DNA from: a virus
Lineage: Duplodnaviria > Caudoviricetes
Length of the DNA stretch: 26,940 bases
Direction: 5' to 3' (one strand)
IMG/VR virus record: IMGVR_UViG_3300030110_000658
Location: 1-26,940 of that record
How positions within the stretch are numbered: position 1 is the stretch's first letter; each line of letters opens with the position of its first letter. Shown here in pieces: positions 15,101 to 23,901 of this stretch. The notes beneath the pieces are model-generated. The model saw nothing but the letters and a program-made list of their open reading frames with translations. It did not search any database and had not been told where the DNA came from. Position numbers and translations under genes: made by a program.

Positions 15101-17471
15101 CATCTCTCATTTCACCGGGCATTATTGCACCGTCATGTCCTTTTGCAATAAGGTTATCTCTAAATTGATCTGCCGTTACTTGTCCTGATCTAACTAATTC
15201 TTTATCATCTAAAGTTGCTTCGTATGGATTTTCTAAACGTACATACAAAGGCATAATAATTGGATCTGTAGGCCCGGCAGGTAAACGACCATCTTTAATT
15301 CTTAGTTTTTTTAATTTTGTATATTCTTGAGCTAAAAGAATATTATCAGTTACATAAACTCCAGTACCTAACCAGCCACTATCTAATCTTTTTGGATGAT
15401 CTAATTTAAATTCACTAATGCTGTCTGTAGTACCGTGGTAAACAACCTGTGGTGTGCCATCAGGATTTTTTAATACAGATTTGCCAAAAAACTTTTTAAA
15501 CTCAGGTGTGTCTAATTTGACTGACCCATCTTGGTTAAATAATTGTTGTTCTGGCGATATATTAAATTTTTCATCAGTAGTTATGTTGTAAAAATATTTA
15601 CTAAAAAATTCACTAGGTTTTATTTTTAATTGGTTTGCTTGGGTAACTACAAAATCCCTAACAAATGTAGATAAAAATTTTGTTTGATTTGGTGTATAAA
15701 CACCAGTTTCTTTTAATTGATTACTTATGTTTTCACGAATTGTATTAGCATCTTTTCTTATTTCGTCTGTTTGTTCTTTTTGTTGGTTTAATATTTGTTC
15801 TGCTTCTTTTTGCAAAGTTTCCCTTTCATTTGCAAATTGACCTGCTTCTGCTGCACTCATGCTGTCTTGAGTAACACGCATATGCGGTTGCAATGCAGTG
15901 CCTAATTGTGTACCAGCAATTTTTGCAGCATATGTTCCTGTTGGTATTGCTACATCACCTTGTCCACCTGTACCATTTATTTCTTTTAAATCATTTGCTA
16001 TTTCTGGAGAAAACATTTCTAGTTGCTCCATTGTGATGCCATTATCTCTTAGCTGTTGATTAAAAATTTCTGCATCTACAAAAATGTTTGGTACTTCTTT
16101 ATCATTTGCAACGTCCTGTATATACGATTGAAATAATGTTGGATTTCTTTGTTTTGTTTTACTTGTAGTAGATGCATTAGTTAAAGAATCAATAAATGCA
16201 GAATCTTTTGTTGCTTTTTTTGCTTTAGTTACATTAGTGACAAAGGTAGGGCTTGCACTTATACCAGCAAGAGGAAGCATACCAGTAGCAACCATTTCAA
16301 ACACAGCAGCAAGTCTTTGTGATATTTCTGCTCTTCCTTCTTTTGTGTCTAACTTACTTTCAAACTCACCTGTGTCAAAATACTTAGCAAAATCTTCACC
16401 TGCAATATTTACTAATTCTTGAAGTTGTTCAGTACCTACTTCTGTTGCCCAATTACGAAAAGCTACAGTTCCTGTTTTGCGTAATACCTGTACCATCGTA
16501 GGTTTAATTAAAGACTTGTTAACTTCTTGCATTGTCTCTCTTATTAATAAACTTTTAATTGGTGCTGCAACTGTACTTAAACCAACAAATTCTAATCCAC
16601 CATTTACAAGACCAACTGCAACACCAACATTTCTAGCTACATCATGAGAAATACCCATATCTATTAGGGCATTATATTGATGACCTGCTTCTATCATTGT
16701 TGATTCTTTAGCAGAACCAGTTGTCATACCCCATACAAATCCAGTAATAATGCCACCTTTTACAGTAATAGGTGCAAATGGGCCACCCATTAATCCTAAA
16801 GTTCCACCTGTTGATGCACCTGCAAGTCCAAATTTTACTGACTCTTGCATAGTCTTAGACCATTGACCACCTATAGTAAAAGTGTTTTCCCATAGTCCAG
16901 ATCCATCGCCTTCTAATTCTTCTAGCCTTACACCTATTTCTTGTATGCGTTTATCTATTATTTCATTAGATAAACCTTGCTCAACATTAAGTGCTTTTTG
17001 AAAACCTAGTTTGCCTTGTTCAGCTTGCAACCTACCTTTTTCAAAACCTTGTGCTGCATTCTCAGGAAAATTTTGTATACCAGTAAAAGCACCTTCTAAT
17101 AAACCTAATTGTTCTACATTATCTTGTGCTATTGCTGCAAAATTAGGATCAGTTAAATGACGCATCAATATTGGATTTGTATTAGCTAAATCCAACGAAT
17201 ATATGTTTTGTTCTTTATTTCTTTTTTTTAATATATCTAAAGTTTGTTGACTTTCTAAAGCAACTCCAGATGGTAAATCTAAACGCTCTGCTAATTTTTG
17301 TGCTTCACCTGTTTTGTCTGGATCTAACGAAGAAACTGTGTATAATATTTGTTTTAATTTTTTTTCTCTTTCTTTATTTTCTTGTTCATATAATTGCTCT
17401 AATGGATTAGTAGCTTCATAATTTTGACTTGGTGCAAAGTTATAAAGATTATCTAGTCTATTTTCAGACAT
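9174..17471 (-). CDS. Giant internal virion (ejection) polyvalent protein, 2765 aa
   Basis: Last and largest of three genes between nozzle and fibre. LPD22-like N-terminus (~17080-17370); Gly-rich hydrophobic segment (~16710-16835); ART-PolyVal-like domain YHGT...GVYVT...IVVFDP (~15055-15515); HhH-glycosylase-like domain (~13700-14800); second ART-like domain YHHTS...VYVT (~13175-13425); HETAH zincin-like motif (~13047-13061); helical C-terminus. Confidence 0.9.
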   Translation of the reverse strand: MSENRLDNLYNFAPSQNYEATNPLEQLYEQENKEREKKLKQILYTVSSLDPDKTGEAQKLAERLDLPSGVALESQQTLDILKKRNKEQNIYSLDLANTNPILMRHLTDPNFAAIAQDNVEQLGLLEGAFTGIQNFPENAAQGFEKGRLQAEQGKLGFQKALNVEQGLSNEIIDKRIQEIGVRLEELEGDGSGLWENTFTIGGQWSKTMQESVKFGLAGASTGGTLGLMGGPFAPITVKGGIITGFVWGMTTGSAKESTMIEAGHQYNALIDMGISHDVARNVGVAVGLVNGGLEFVGLSTVAAPIKSLLIRETMQEVNKSLIKPTMVQVLRKTGTVAFRNWATEVGTEQLQELVNIAGEDFAKYFDTGEFESKLDTKEGRAEISQRLAAVFEMVATGMLPLAGISASPTFVTNVTKAKKATKDSAFIDSLTNASTTSKTKQRNPTLFQSYIQDVANDKEVPNIFVDAEIFNQQLRDNGITMEQLEMFSPEIANDLKEINGTGGQGDVAIPTGTYAAKIAGTQLGTALQPHMRVTQDSMSAAEAGQFANERETLQKEAEQILNQQKEQTDEIRKDANTIRENISNQLKETGVYTPNQTKFLSTFVRDFVVTQANQLKIKPSEFFSKYFYNITTDEKFNISPEQQLFNQDGSVKLDTPEFKKFFGKSVLKNPDGTPQVVYHGTTDSISEFKLDHPKRLDSGWLGTGVYVTDNILLAQEYTKLKKLRIKDGRLPAGPTDPIIMPLYVRLENPYEATLDDKELVRSGQVTADQFRDNLIAKGHDGAIMPGEMRDVKEIVVFDPKAVKSTMNSGTWNTEIANIYKQQVQEILAQRGKQKKGKPIPQAVFQIARIVENFDFAASKPFATNRDFKLEIQNRIKEEAKKAKVDVSQFTVEVEKYLVQTLLDDARFALQENANAVGWYNEKVNKALGVLSIIHPEIATDVKSNFIFKWALAVTSNGIKVDKNFELAEQVYAFYKENNALPEVFEQGGEAREAMEIAFKNMNKLLDEKPFAELEEFMRTMHTVREVQQYVGKNKNGKQIKVGGGYGLDEQVYGAAIAGPKIGNGFFANLYGNYEQLTMDRWLMRTWGRVTATLVTDKTKQARIKRNHIQQIIRSLTKEQKKAFEAIIKRKLSLGDIDNVALAIKNASTAPANRVAMAKIATFAEDSKHEQIFLDIMGQPRKGDKTLSLGDLLRKRGNLLAKDNDGQKEAPSGAPERRNIVKVFTQVLETMQQTEPELTMADLQALVWYPEKKLYDSAKLKETAVETGYADNEAPDYANAAVGFAAKLGIANDLIQTKLQEVDNELQLQSDELAATTQRDGTGRADNTDVGRTFQQQGRIDEATELPLNADGTVTVYHHTSRKAAEQIRATGQLRSAGEPDVYVTTRAITDTGYGDTAVAIRVEPSRLSLDDEFPNGRRDFRLSVGKPRGSIQVKVGEFLQQANPDGIRGGFDPKTLTTVLTKESDFSTFLHETAHYMLTVMEDIAMSDQASQQQTDDFQTLLKFFNVADVESWSQLSIQEKRKFHESFAYNYEIYLFEGKAPNIKLQEIFTRFSRFLRRIYRSIRDELNVIYRKENGTDLPILTDEIRSVMDRMIASEEQISQAEQIYGMKAMFQTQEESGMDDATWNNYTKAMQEAEDKSMEQLTQASVRQVKWLENAKDKYIKNLQRNESKTRKKVMQEETNKIEKEKLYQLQAFLKRGEFTNKQGERVVAGSGYKIAIDSLQDLIPFYDMKSEIQQLRRQRMVGKEGMPIQMIADMFGFTDSIEMINALVSMQPMKEVVRERTDQRMLNEYSDLSDPRRQELQVQEAIHNEARARFISVELRFISKSMQPVRYQVAAARQVAKELLAKKKLRDIRPSQFSRNEIKAAKAVEAAMKKADTAAAIKAKKSQLLNNQLAKEALEIHKTFDDAQKLFKKVFQPDKKIADLDRNTDLTSAAKAILAAYGLGPVVDKPSAYTEKLKAYNPDMFEQLNPLIEDLTNKDIQDIKDLTGEEFDTLYEMIQTLWYQSKRDKQVIIDGKKVKVDAVVDELLSVMSRMETPTPVGVAEAPDTKIRFLRTMQQGKAMVRRIEHWADGMDGATKTGEGLIGSVVLKRDEVQAGAFTRYIWRPVKDALNQYRIERANYTKKYSEMIGKLDIPQTKIMSGEFDYTFGSANGGYGKAELLGAMLHTGNTSNLRKLLLGRGWADINEDGSLNTTKWNTFVDRMINEGILTNEDYVFLQEVWDLNEQMKPLIQRAHSDVYGYYFKEVEATPIVNRFGSFRGGYVPAKTDPFMVGETEVKAKLEDLRSEFRQSLPSTGNGFTKERVEYNKPLSLDLRLMTKHIDDALRFAFVQPAIEDVFKILKNKRFANRLSELDPTIMDDALMPWLNRSARQITMVPGRFKGFNKFWLAVRARTGIGIMFANIRNALQQLTGYFPAMIKVEPKYLKGALGTYLQNPMKQQEEIAELSPYMKERQFNQIFDVQDTLNQLLLNPNQFKKIQKWAERHGYFIQQAFQNQVDTVVWAASYNKVLTESPKTMSETEVQKEAIQQADANVRLTQDSLQAEDLAAFQVGSPFYKTMVQFGGYFNMIANLNATQYKKLFNDLGWQGTKGQLFMTYLLGFGMPAFVADLIVRATGGDLDDEDEDGYIDDVASWFFGSQFRSAAALVPFGNIAIVPFNSFNDLPYDDRITTSPSISTLEAAGVGTARFLINAADPDKEITGKNVRDILTLMSLSTGIPFTILGRPVGVQIDIERGVVDPQNLPDHIRALITGKASRRSRE
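13172..13564 (-). CDS. Nested +1-frame gene encoding a 130-aa acidic, probably helical protein (candidate antitoxin or immunity protein)
   Basis: AGGAGG-TTGATA-ATG at 13576-13562; frame open to TAA at 13174-13172; covers the linker and second ART-like domain; local GC rise and avoidance of NTA codons in the host frame. Confidence 0.75.
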   Translation of the reverse strand: MSYSYNPMSLQQQHNEMVQDEQITQMLEELSNNKEELTKPQNSPLMQTEQLPSITTPAEKQQNKSEPQVNLEVLANLMSTLPPELSQILATVIPQLQSESNLLDLVSMMNSQTDEEISDSQLESLEGLFK

Positions 17472-17473
17472 TG

Positions 17474-20071
17474 TTATTCACTCCTTGAAGTCGAAAATAA
17501 TTCACCTACGTTTGCAGGTTTACCTACTCTTACCCAATCTTTAGCTATATTTTTTTGAGTTACTGGTTGCCCATATTTGCGTAAATTTTTAGTAATTTCT
17601 CTTATAACTTCTGGATCAATTGTACTTGTAAATACTCTTACATTTTCATCGTTATAAGGTACGTCAACAAAAACATCTTCTAATCTATCGTAATCAACTA
17701 AATTGTATACCACATTTTTATCGTCACGGAACCTATTATCAACAGTAACTAAATCTTTTAACAAGATCATATTCAGAGCATCTTGTTTTTCACCCATTGT
17801 TAATTTTGTATTATTATTGGATATTTGTCGTGCGTTTATTTCTTTTAACCACGCATCATATATAGCAATATATTGTGGTTTTTTTCTTTTTTGTTTATAT
17901 AAATTGCCCATTTCATGTCTTTCTAAAGTAGCTTTTAACATATTTACATTGCCTGTAGCTTCTACATATTTGTTTTCTGATTGCAATTCTTTTGCATAAT
18001 TTTTTAAATTCATATACATTGATCGATTTAACATATCACTGTATGAATTAAGATTATCTCTAACTAAGGCAGGGTTATTAATTAATTCAACAACTGTATC
18101 TACATCCGCTTTTGCTGGCTGTCCTTTTTTCAATATTTTTTGGTCTTTTTCAGTATACATTTCAATATCAATACCATTGGCTTCAAGATCTCCTAGTTCT
18201 CCTGTAAATACTATTTCTTTGGAATTGTTAAGTGACTCATTATAAATTCCTGTCCGTTCATTTTCTAATTTGTTGTACTTAGTTTTTAAATCCTTTGTTG
18301 CATCTGCAAGTTGTTCTGAATCTGTAATTGTATCTTTTAACTCTTCTTTTAACTCTTTTATAGGACGTAAACCTGTAACAAAATCTATATTATCTGTAGT
18401 TGCTATATCATAATTTATACCTTTTTTTATAACTCCTAAATCGTTAGCAATTTGATCTTTAAATATTTTTTGTTTTTGTAATTTTTCTTCTTTAAATTTT
18501 ACCGCTGCATCTCTTCCCACTCTTGTTTTTGTACCTGTCATAGCTTCTAAATTTTCTGTAGCTACACCGGGATTAACTTGTACTTGGTTTATTGGGTTAT
18601 TTTTAAACTCTTTTATAGCCTTACTAAATGCTTTACCTCCAGAACTTGTATTAGGAAAATCACTTCTTTTAGGTTCATTAGGAAATGTAATTTTTGTTTT
18701 GCCATAAAATCCAGAGAATTTTTTTTCAGTTGCTTCAATAATTAAATCATTGTATTTATCTACTATTGCTGCATTTATTATTTTTTGATTTTCTGGATTT
18801 TTTTTAAATTCTTCTTCAAATTTTTTCTTAGCTGTATTAAGAGCTTTACCTGTAAGACCACTTTTAAACTCAGGAAGTTCGTATTCTCGTTGTGCTTTTA
18901 AATATAAAGAATCAGCTTTAGCAACACCTATATGTTCTACAGCAAACAAATGTGTTGGTTGGTGTTCTTTAATTAAAGTTTTATTTGAATTAAGTTTATA
19001 AAATATAGATTGATTTCTTATTTGTTCTAATGTATTAATATTTTCATCTTTAGTAGAACCTGCAACATTTACTTCGTTACTATGCAAACCGTTTCTAACA
19101 GAACCGCCTAAACCATCATCAACAAAATGATTGCTTTTTAAACATGACATTTTGCTTGCTTGACTTAAATACTGACCATCGTTTTGATTACTGTTATTAT
19201 TTAATATACCGTTAACAGTACAAGCTACGTTGTGTTCTTCGTGTTTTTTGTCTATATATTCTGTGTTATTGGTAGGAATAGTTTTATCAGGATTAAATGT
19301 ATTTTCATATTGTTTAGCTAATTCAAAATCGCCTTGTGCTGTTAATCTTTTTACAACTTCTTTTGCAACTTCAGTTTTATATTCCATTATATCTTTTAAA
19401 TATACTGAACTTAATGGGCCATTTTCTATATTAGTATTTTGTCCATTTAAAATTGCTTTATTTTTTATAAGAACTAGCCCAGATTCAAGAAATTTTTCAT
19501 AATCACCATCAGGTTGATTCCATGTTTCGTAACTATTTTTTGCACCTTCTTTATGTAATTCAATTTTTGCAGTGTTTTCAGCTACTAAAGCTGCTTGTTT
19601 TTCTTTAATAGAATGTTTAGTTGTTTTACTAATATGTATTCTTTTATATGCAGAAAATTTACTATTAAAAATATCTCGTGCATTTTTTGTAGTTAACTTA
19701 CTACGTTCTTCATTAGCAAATTCATCTAAATCTAAACTAACCTGATCTGGCATTCTAACAGTTTTATTTGTTTCAAGATCTACTCTTACTGGAGCTACAG
19801 CAGCCGAACCTTTTAATGATAAATATTCATCTACTTTTTTTTGTGCTTTATCTTGATATCTACCAACTGCTTCACCTGCATCTAACTCATCTTGATCATC
19901 TTGCAATTTTGCTGCTATTTGTGCAAATTGCATTTGTGCTTTACTTAAATTATTTATACCTTGAACAGTGCCTGTATCTTGTACTGGTTGGATATTAGTA
20001 GGAGAAAATAATGGTGCTTGACCAACATCTAAATTTACCGAAGGTGTTTGCTGAATAGGTACTGTTGCCAT
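17474..20071 (-). CDS. Internal virion (ejection) protein, 865 aa
   Basis: Middle of three ejection-type genes; MATVPIQQTPSV N-terminus, helical Lys/Glu-rich composition, and a Y..LKG..A motif I recall from this position in BPP-1-like phages. Confidence 0.8.
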   Translation of the reverse strand: MATVPIQQTPSVNLDVGQAPLFSPTNIQPVQDTGTVQGINNLSKAQMQFAQIAAKLQDDQDELDAGEAVGRYQDKAQKKVDEYLSLKGSAAVAPVRVDLETNKTVRMPDQVSLDLDEFANEERSKLTTKNARDIFNSKFSAYKRIHISKTTKHSIKEKQAALVAENTAKIELHKEGAKNSYETWNQPDGDYEKFLESGLVLIKNKAILNGQNTNIENGPLSSVYLKDIMEYKTEVAKEVVKRLTAQGDFELAKQYENTFNPDKTIPTNNTEYIDKKHEEHNVACTVNGILNNNSNQNDGQYLSQASKMSCLKSNHFVDDGLGGSVRNGLHSNEVNVAGSTKDENINTLEQIRNQSIFYKLNSNKTLIKEHQPTHLFAVEHIGVAKADSLYLKAQREYELPEFKSGLTGKALNTAKKKFEEEFKKNPENQKIINAAIVDKYNDLIIEATEKKFSGFYGKTKITFPNEPKRSDFPNTSSGGKAFSKAIKEFKNNPINQVQVNPGVATENLEAMTGTKTRVGRDAAVKFKEEKLQKQKIFKDQIANDLGVIKKGINYDIATTDNIDFVTGLRPIKELKEELKDTITDSEQLADATKDLKTKYNKLENERTGIYNESLNNSKEIVFTGELGDLEANGIDIEMYTEKDQKILKKGQPAKADVDTVVELINNPALVRDNLNSYSDMLNRSMYMNLKNYAKELQSENKYVEATGNVNMLKATLERHEMGNLYKQKRKKPQYIAIYDAWLKEINARQISNNNTKLTMGEKQDALNMILLKDLVTVDNRFRDDKNVVYNLVDYDRLEDVFVDVPYNDENVRVFTSTIDPEVIREITKNLRKYGQPVTQKNIAKDWVRVGKPANVGELFSTSRSE

Positions 20072-20077
20072 AATTAA

Positions 20078-20656
20078 TTAATCTTCAACGCTATCAAAAA
20101 GGCCATAGCCTTTGTTTGTTGCAAAGTCACCAACACCTGTCATTAAAGTGCTGGTTATATTTAACAAAGGACTAACTGCTGATGCAGTAGCAAACATATT
20201 ATTTGCAGATACACCTAACATATCTCCTTTAATATCAGCTTGCACTCCTCTTGTTCTCATCTGGTTTACAGCCCTTACTTTATTACTATTCATTGTTAAC
20301 TTATCTATTTCTTGCATAATTTTTTGTGTTGCAAAAACATTTGCTGTACTACCCACTCCTAATTGTCCTCCCCTTGCTGCAAATGTTGCTCTAGCACTAC
20401 CTGTTTTTAAACCAGCGTCCATTGTTTTTGTCATGTATTGCCTGTCATATGCTCTTGCTATTTGTTGTGCCTGTAACTCCAACATATCAGCATTAATTTC
20501 TGCCATGTCTTGCTGATGCTCAAGGTTTAACCCTGCACTTCTAGCTTCGTATTTTGCTTTATCTGCTGCTGCTATGCTGCCAATAATACCGCCTACAGTA
20601 CCGCCTATAGACATTATCCCGCCTACAGTATCCCAACTATTCCAGTTTATTGCCAT
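20078..20656 (-). CDS. Small internal virion (ejection) protein, 192 aa (positional analogue of T7 gp14)
   Basis: Gly-rich hydrophobic N-terminus, Ala/Gln-rich helices, motif ARATFAARGGQLGVGS; directly after the nozzle gene. Confidence 0.82.
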   Translation of the reverse strand: MAINWNSWDTVGGIMSIGGTVGGIIGSIAAADKAKYEARSAGLNLEHQQDMAEINADMLELQAQQIARAYDRQYMTKTMDAGLKTGSARATFAARGGQLGVGSTANVFATQKIMQEIDKLTMNSNKVRAVNQMRTRGVQADIKGDMLGVSANNMFATASAVSPLLNITSTLMTGVGDFATNKGYGLFDSVED

Positions 20657-20681
20657 AAGTACAACACCTTCTTATTTTTAT

Positions 20682-20715
20682 ACTATACAAACAGTTTATC
20701 TGTTTACGGTCACAC
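20682..20715 (-). promoter_or_regulatory. Putative late promoter, copy 2: GTGTGACCGTAA-N16-TATAGT, upstream of the ejection-protein genes
   Basis: 12-mer at 20704-20715; TATAGT at 20687-20682. Confidence 0.82.
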
Positions 20716-23219
20716 TATCCACCTACACTTACTTCTAGTGTTATACCTACAACTGTTAGTGGTAATGGATCAGTTTGCCTTATAAATATTTGACCATAGT
20801 CTTGCCATGATGGGGTAAGCATAATTTTTATATCTTCTGTTTTTAAATTTGGTGGTGATCCAAATGGTTCTGTAGTACGTTGTTTTGCTTCTGTTAATTT
20901 ATCTGCATTAGGGCCAGCAAATATACCAGAACTCTCAAACACACGAAGCCATCCATGATTAATATTTTTTACTCTACCTTGACCACCTGCTTCTGTTTGC
21001 AACATTAATGGCAATGTTTGCAAATCACATACATAGGGTAAACCTATATGAACAACACTAGCTGCACGGTTTAAAACAATACCGCCATTAGAATCTACTA
21101 CTTTAGTTGGATGTACAGCACCGTCAGCTAATATGTTTACTGTTTTGCCAATTAAATGATCTAACCCTAATAATGTTCTTTCTGCAATTTCATAAGACGT
21201 TATAGCTGTATTTTGTAAACTACTTGGCAAATCTCTATCCAATTTAACAGTTGCAGTATGATTATCTGCAATTGCTGTAATGTCGCATCTATAAGTTTCA
21301 GTGCCATCAACTATTATTATTGCATCATTTAAATCTGTAGTAAGACCATTACCGCTAAATTTAAATACAGGTATAGAAGATGGAAATTCTAAAGTAACAG
21401 AACTACCTTTTGTATAATTGCCACTGCTAGTTATAGTTACAGTTCGTGCTGTATTAGTATTTGTGCCGTTATATGTTAAGCCAGAATCTACAAAAAAACT
21501 ATCACGTTGAGTTGTATAATTTCTTGTACCCATACGTTCTATATATCTTTTTGTAGCACCTCCAATAGTTCTTTTTACAACGCAATAAGCTGCGTCTACA
21601 CTTCCTTCAGCTACTGTCGTAACGCTTTCAAATGTACCGTCTGTATCATGCTGATGCCATGCTCCAACTTGTTGCTCTGGTACATATGTCAAACCTAATA
21701 ACTTTCCATTGCTACTAATCATCCATACAATTGGAATTGGTGCTTTTGCTAACGTCATATCTGTAATATCTAAACCGTCAAACAAATGTGATGCCCTTAT
21801 AGATAAATCACCAGTAATAAAACCATTAGATTGCCAGTTATATCCTAGTTCTCTAGCATGACCACCACGACTTGCTATATATACCATGCTGTTATTAACA
21901 ACTACAGGTTGTGAATCATTAGCACCAATATATGATTGTGGCTTTACTGCTATAGATGTAGGAGTTATTGCATCACTATTTACAGAAGTAACTCTCCATT
22001 CCGCTGCTTCTGTCATAAATAATAACTGCGTTAACGGTACAATATGTTTTATTCTGTTTGCTTCACGAGCAGCAACTTTAAATTTTATACGGTCATCATC
22101 TCTTATTGGTAATTTAAATGACATATCACTTTCAGTACCAGATCTAGTCATAAATATAGTTTGTGGTTCATTATTAGTACCAGCAAAAACTCTGCGTTGT
22201 TCAAAATAAGAAACAGCAGAAGGAAAATTGTTAGAACCAGAAAATGTAGTTTCGTACCTTGGTGGAGTTACTGAAAAATCTTGTGCAATATTATTATCTA
22301 CAATACTGTATGTACTTGGATTGCTTGATGAATCGTGATCTTTTTCACCAATAAAACCAAAAAGACCACCTTGTTCTTTATAAACTCTGTATCTTAATGC
22401 ACCTGTTACTCTGTTCCATGTAATAGTATTTTTAGCTCCAGTAACAAAAATATTGTTAGATACAGTTGATTCACTTGATTGTTCACTTTCTTGTATCCCA
22501 TCACTTGCTACTGCTGTAACAACATATGTATGGTCTTCATTTGTATCATTATTAACGCTTGCAGAAGAAGGTACATATGCAACAACAGAAGCTATAGTTG
22601 GAGCGGAAATTGTTGCTGCAAAATTTATATCAATAAATTGCCAATTAGTAGCACCATATCTTCTTAGTTCTGCTGGTTCATGATTTGGATGTACTAACGT
22701 CATTACGTCAGAAGATTGTACAAATTTTATAGCAAATAATTCTGCTTCTAAATATGGTGACGGTATTTCATATGTCATATCAGAAGGCAATGCATACCAA
22801 TTTGTAGAGTTTGGTGGTGTGCTGTTTGAATGTGCTGTTTTTGCGTAATAATTTACGTTGTTATGTTTTGCTATATCGCCAATAGAATAATTAGTACTGT
22901 TGCTCCATGCTGACCCATCTGCATATTGTAAAGTTGCACCTAACGTATGAAATCTAAAATATTCATTACCCATTTCTATAACCATTGTTTGCGACACGTT
23001 AAATCTAAAAGGTATTAATCTAGTTTGTTTTGTAGAATCTTTTACTTCTTTTACAAAAAATAATCCCGGTCTGTTTTCTGCTGGCCCTTGTGGTTGTGCA
23101 ATAAAATTACGCATGGTAGCTGCACCTTGTTGATATTTACTGTCATCAATACGACCTGCCATTTCTGGTGATATTTCACCACTAGAAAATGATTTAAGAA
23201 AAGTTCTTGTATTTGGCAT
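20715..23219 (-). CDS. Tail tubular protein B / nozzle (P22 gp10 or T7 gp12-like)
   Basis: SFSSGEISP...GRID N-terminus, RLIPFRFN, FPSAVSYFEQRRVFAG, AWHQHDT.G and QTDPLPLTV motifs; beta-rich, 834 aa; follows the adaptor gene. Confidence 0.92.
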   Translation of the reverse strand: MPNTRTFLKSFSSGEISPEMAGRIDDSKYQQGAATMRNFIAQPQGPAENRPGLFFVKEVKDSTKQTRLIPFRFNVSQTMVIEMGNEYFRFHTLGATLQYADGSAWSNSTNYSIGDIAKHNNVNYYAKTAHSNSTPPNSTNWYALPSDMTYEIPSPYLEAELFAIKFVQSSDVMTLVHPNHEPAELRRYGATNWQFIDINFAATISAPTIASVVAYVPSSASVNNDTNEDHTYVVTAVASDGIQESEQSSESTVSNNIFVTGAKNTITWNRVTGALRYRVYKEQGGLFGFIGEKDHDSSSNPSTYSIVDNNIAQDFSVTPPRYETTFSGSNNFPSAVSYFEQRRVFAGTNNEPQTIFMTRSGTESDMSFKLPIRDDDRIKFKVAAREANRIKHIVPLTQLLFMTEAAEWRVTSVNSDAITPTSIAVKPQSYIGANDSQPVVVNNSMVYIASRGGHARELGYNWQSNGFITGDLSIRASHLFDGLDITDMTLAKAPIPIVWMISSNGKLLGLTYVPEQQVGAWHQHDTDGTFESVTTVAEGSVDAAYCVVKRTIGGATKRYIERMGTRNYTTQRDSFFVDSGLTYNGTNTNTARTVTITSSGNYTKGSSVTLEFPSSIPVFKFSGNGLTTDLNDAIIIVDGTETYRCDITAIADNHTATVKLDRDLPSSLQNTAITSYEIAERTLLGLDHLIGKTVNILADGAVHPTKVVDSNGGIVLNRAASVVHIGLPYVCDLQTLPLMLQTEAGGQGRVKNINHGWLRVFESSGIFAGPNADKLTEAKQRTTEPFGSPPNLKTEDIKIMLTPSWQDYGQIFIRQTDPLPLTVVGITLEVSVGG

Positions 23220-23222
23220 TAA

Positions 23223-23891
23223 TTACCTCCCAGATGTCCAAGGTACAATATGTTCTACCGTTATATCTCTATGTGAATTGTCTTGTTGTTTTGCACTTGC
23301 CAAATAATTACGCATCATCTCGGTACATTTTTTTGCTTGTGCCATACCTTGATCACCTTTTATCATTGGCCCTGCCAACATAGACGCTAAATGCCAAGAC
23401 AAAGTAACAATAAATAATGGGGAAAATTGTGTTGAATCAGTTATTAATGATTGATATCGCAACATTGCATTTTCTTGATTGCTATAAATATAAGTTCCTT
23501 CTACTGCAAATTGTTGTGGTGTATATTGCCCTGCCACTATTGTTGGAGAATAATTAGATGTAATACCACCGGGTGTATCGCCAGATGACATTCTTGTAGC
23601 GTAATCGTTTTGTGCTGTTGGAGATATTATTGCAACAGGTGTCATCATGTCAGCAGGTGCAACATATGCATAATCCCATTGGGTAAGAGTATTTGTTGTA
23701 GTTGCTAAACTTGCACGTTTTGCAGCAAAATTCCAAGTGTGTGATTCTAGCAAAGTGTTTCTTGCTATAGGATAAAATCTTGCAGCGTGTTCCGCTTGTG
23801 CAGATCCTTCTGGTGGTTTTATCGAAGCAATAGTTGCATCATCACCTAAATATGCCAAGGCAAGGTTGCAAATATCTATTTCAGTTGCCAT
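23223..23891 (-). CDS. Tail tubular protein A / head-tail adaptor (T7 gp11-like)
   Basis: DICNLALAYLG...ARNTLLESHTWNFA..RASL and F...F...L...LA motifs; AGGAG SD. Confidence 0.9.
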   Translation of the reverse strand: MATEIDICNLALAYLGDDATIASIKPPEGSAQAEHAARFYPIARNTLLESHTWNFAAKRASLATTTNTLTQWDYAYVAPADMMTPVAIISPTAQNDYATRMSSGDTPGGITSNYSPTIVAGQYTPQQFAVEGTYIYSNQENAMLRYQSLITDSTQFSPLFIVTLSWHLASMLAGPMIKGDQGMAQAKKCTEMMRNYLASAKQQDNSHRDITVEHIVPWTSGR

Positions 23892-23901
23892 TACATCTCC
23901 T

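Noticed and set aside
15055-15600. Possible nested gene over the first ART-like domain
   Set aside because: The ORF track shows no alternative-frame minus-strand ORF there, and the one ATG I traced (near 15574) closes after about 20 codons without an SD.
22087-22098. Partial match to the promoter 12-mer (TACGGTCA) inside the nozzle gene
   Set aside because: Only 8 bases match, it is intragenic, and there is no TAnnnT at the 16-nt spacing.
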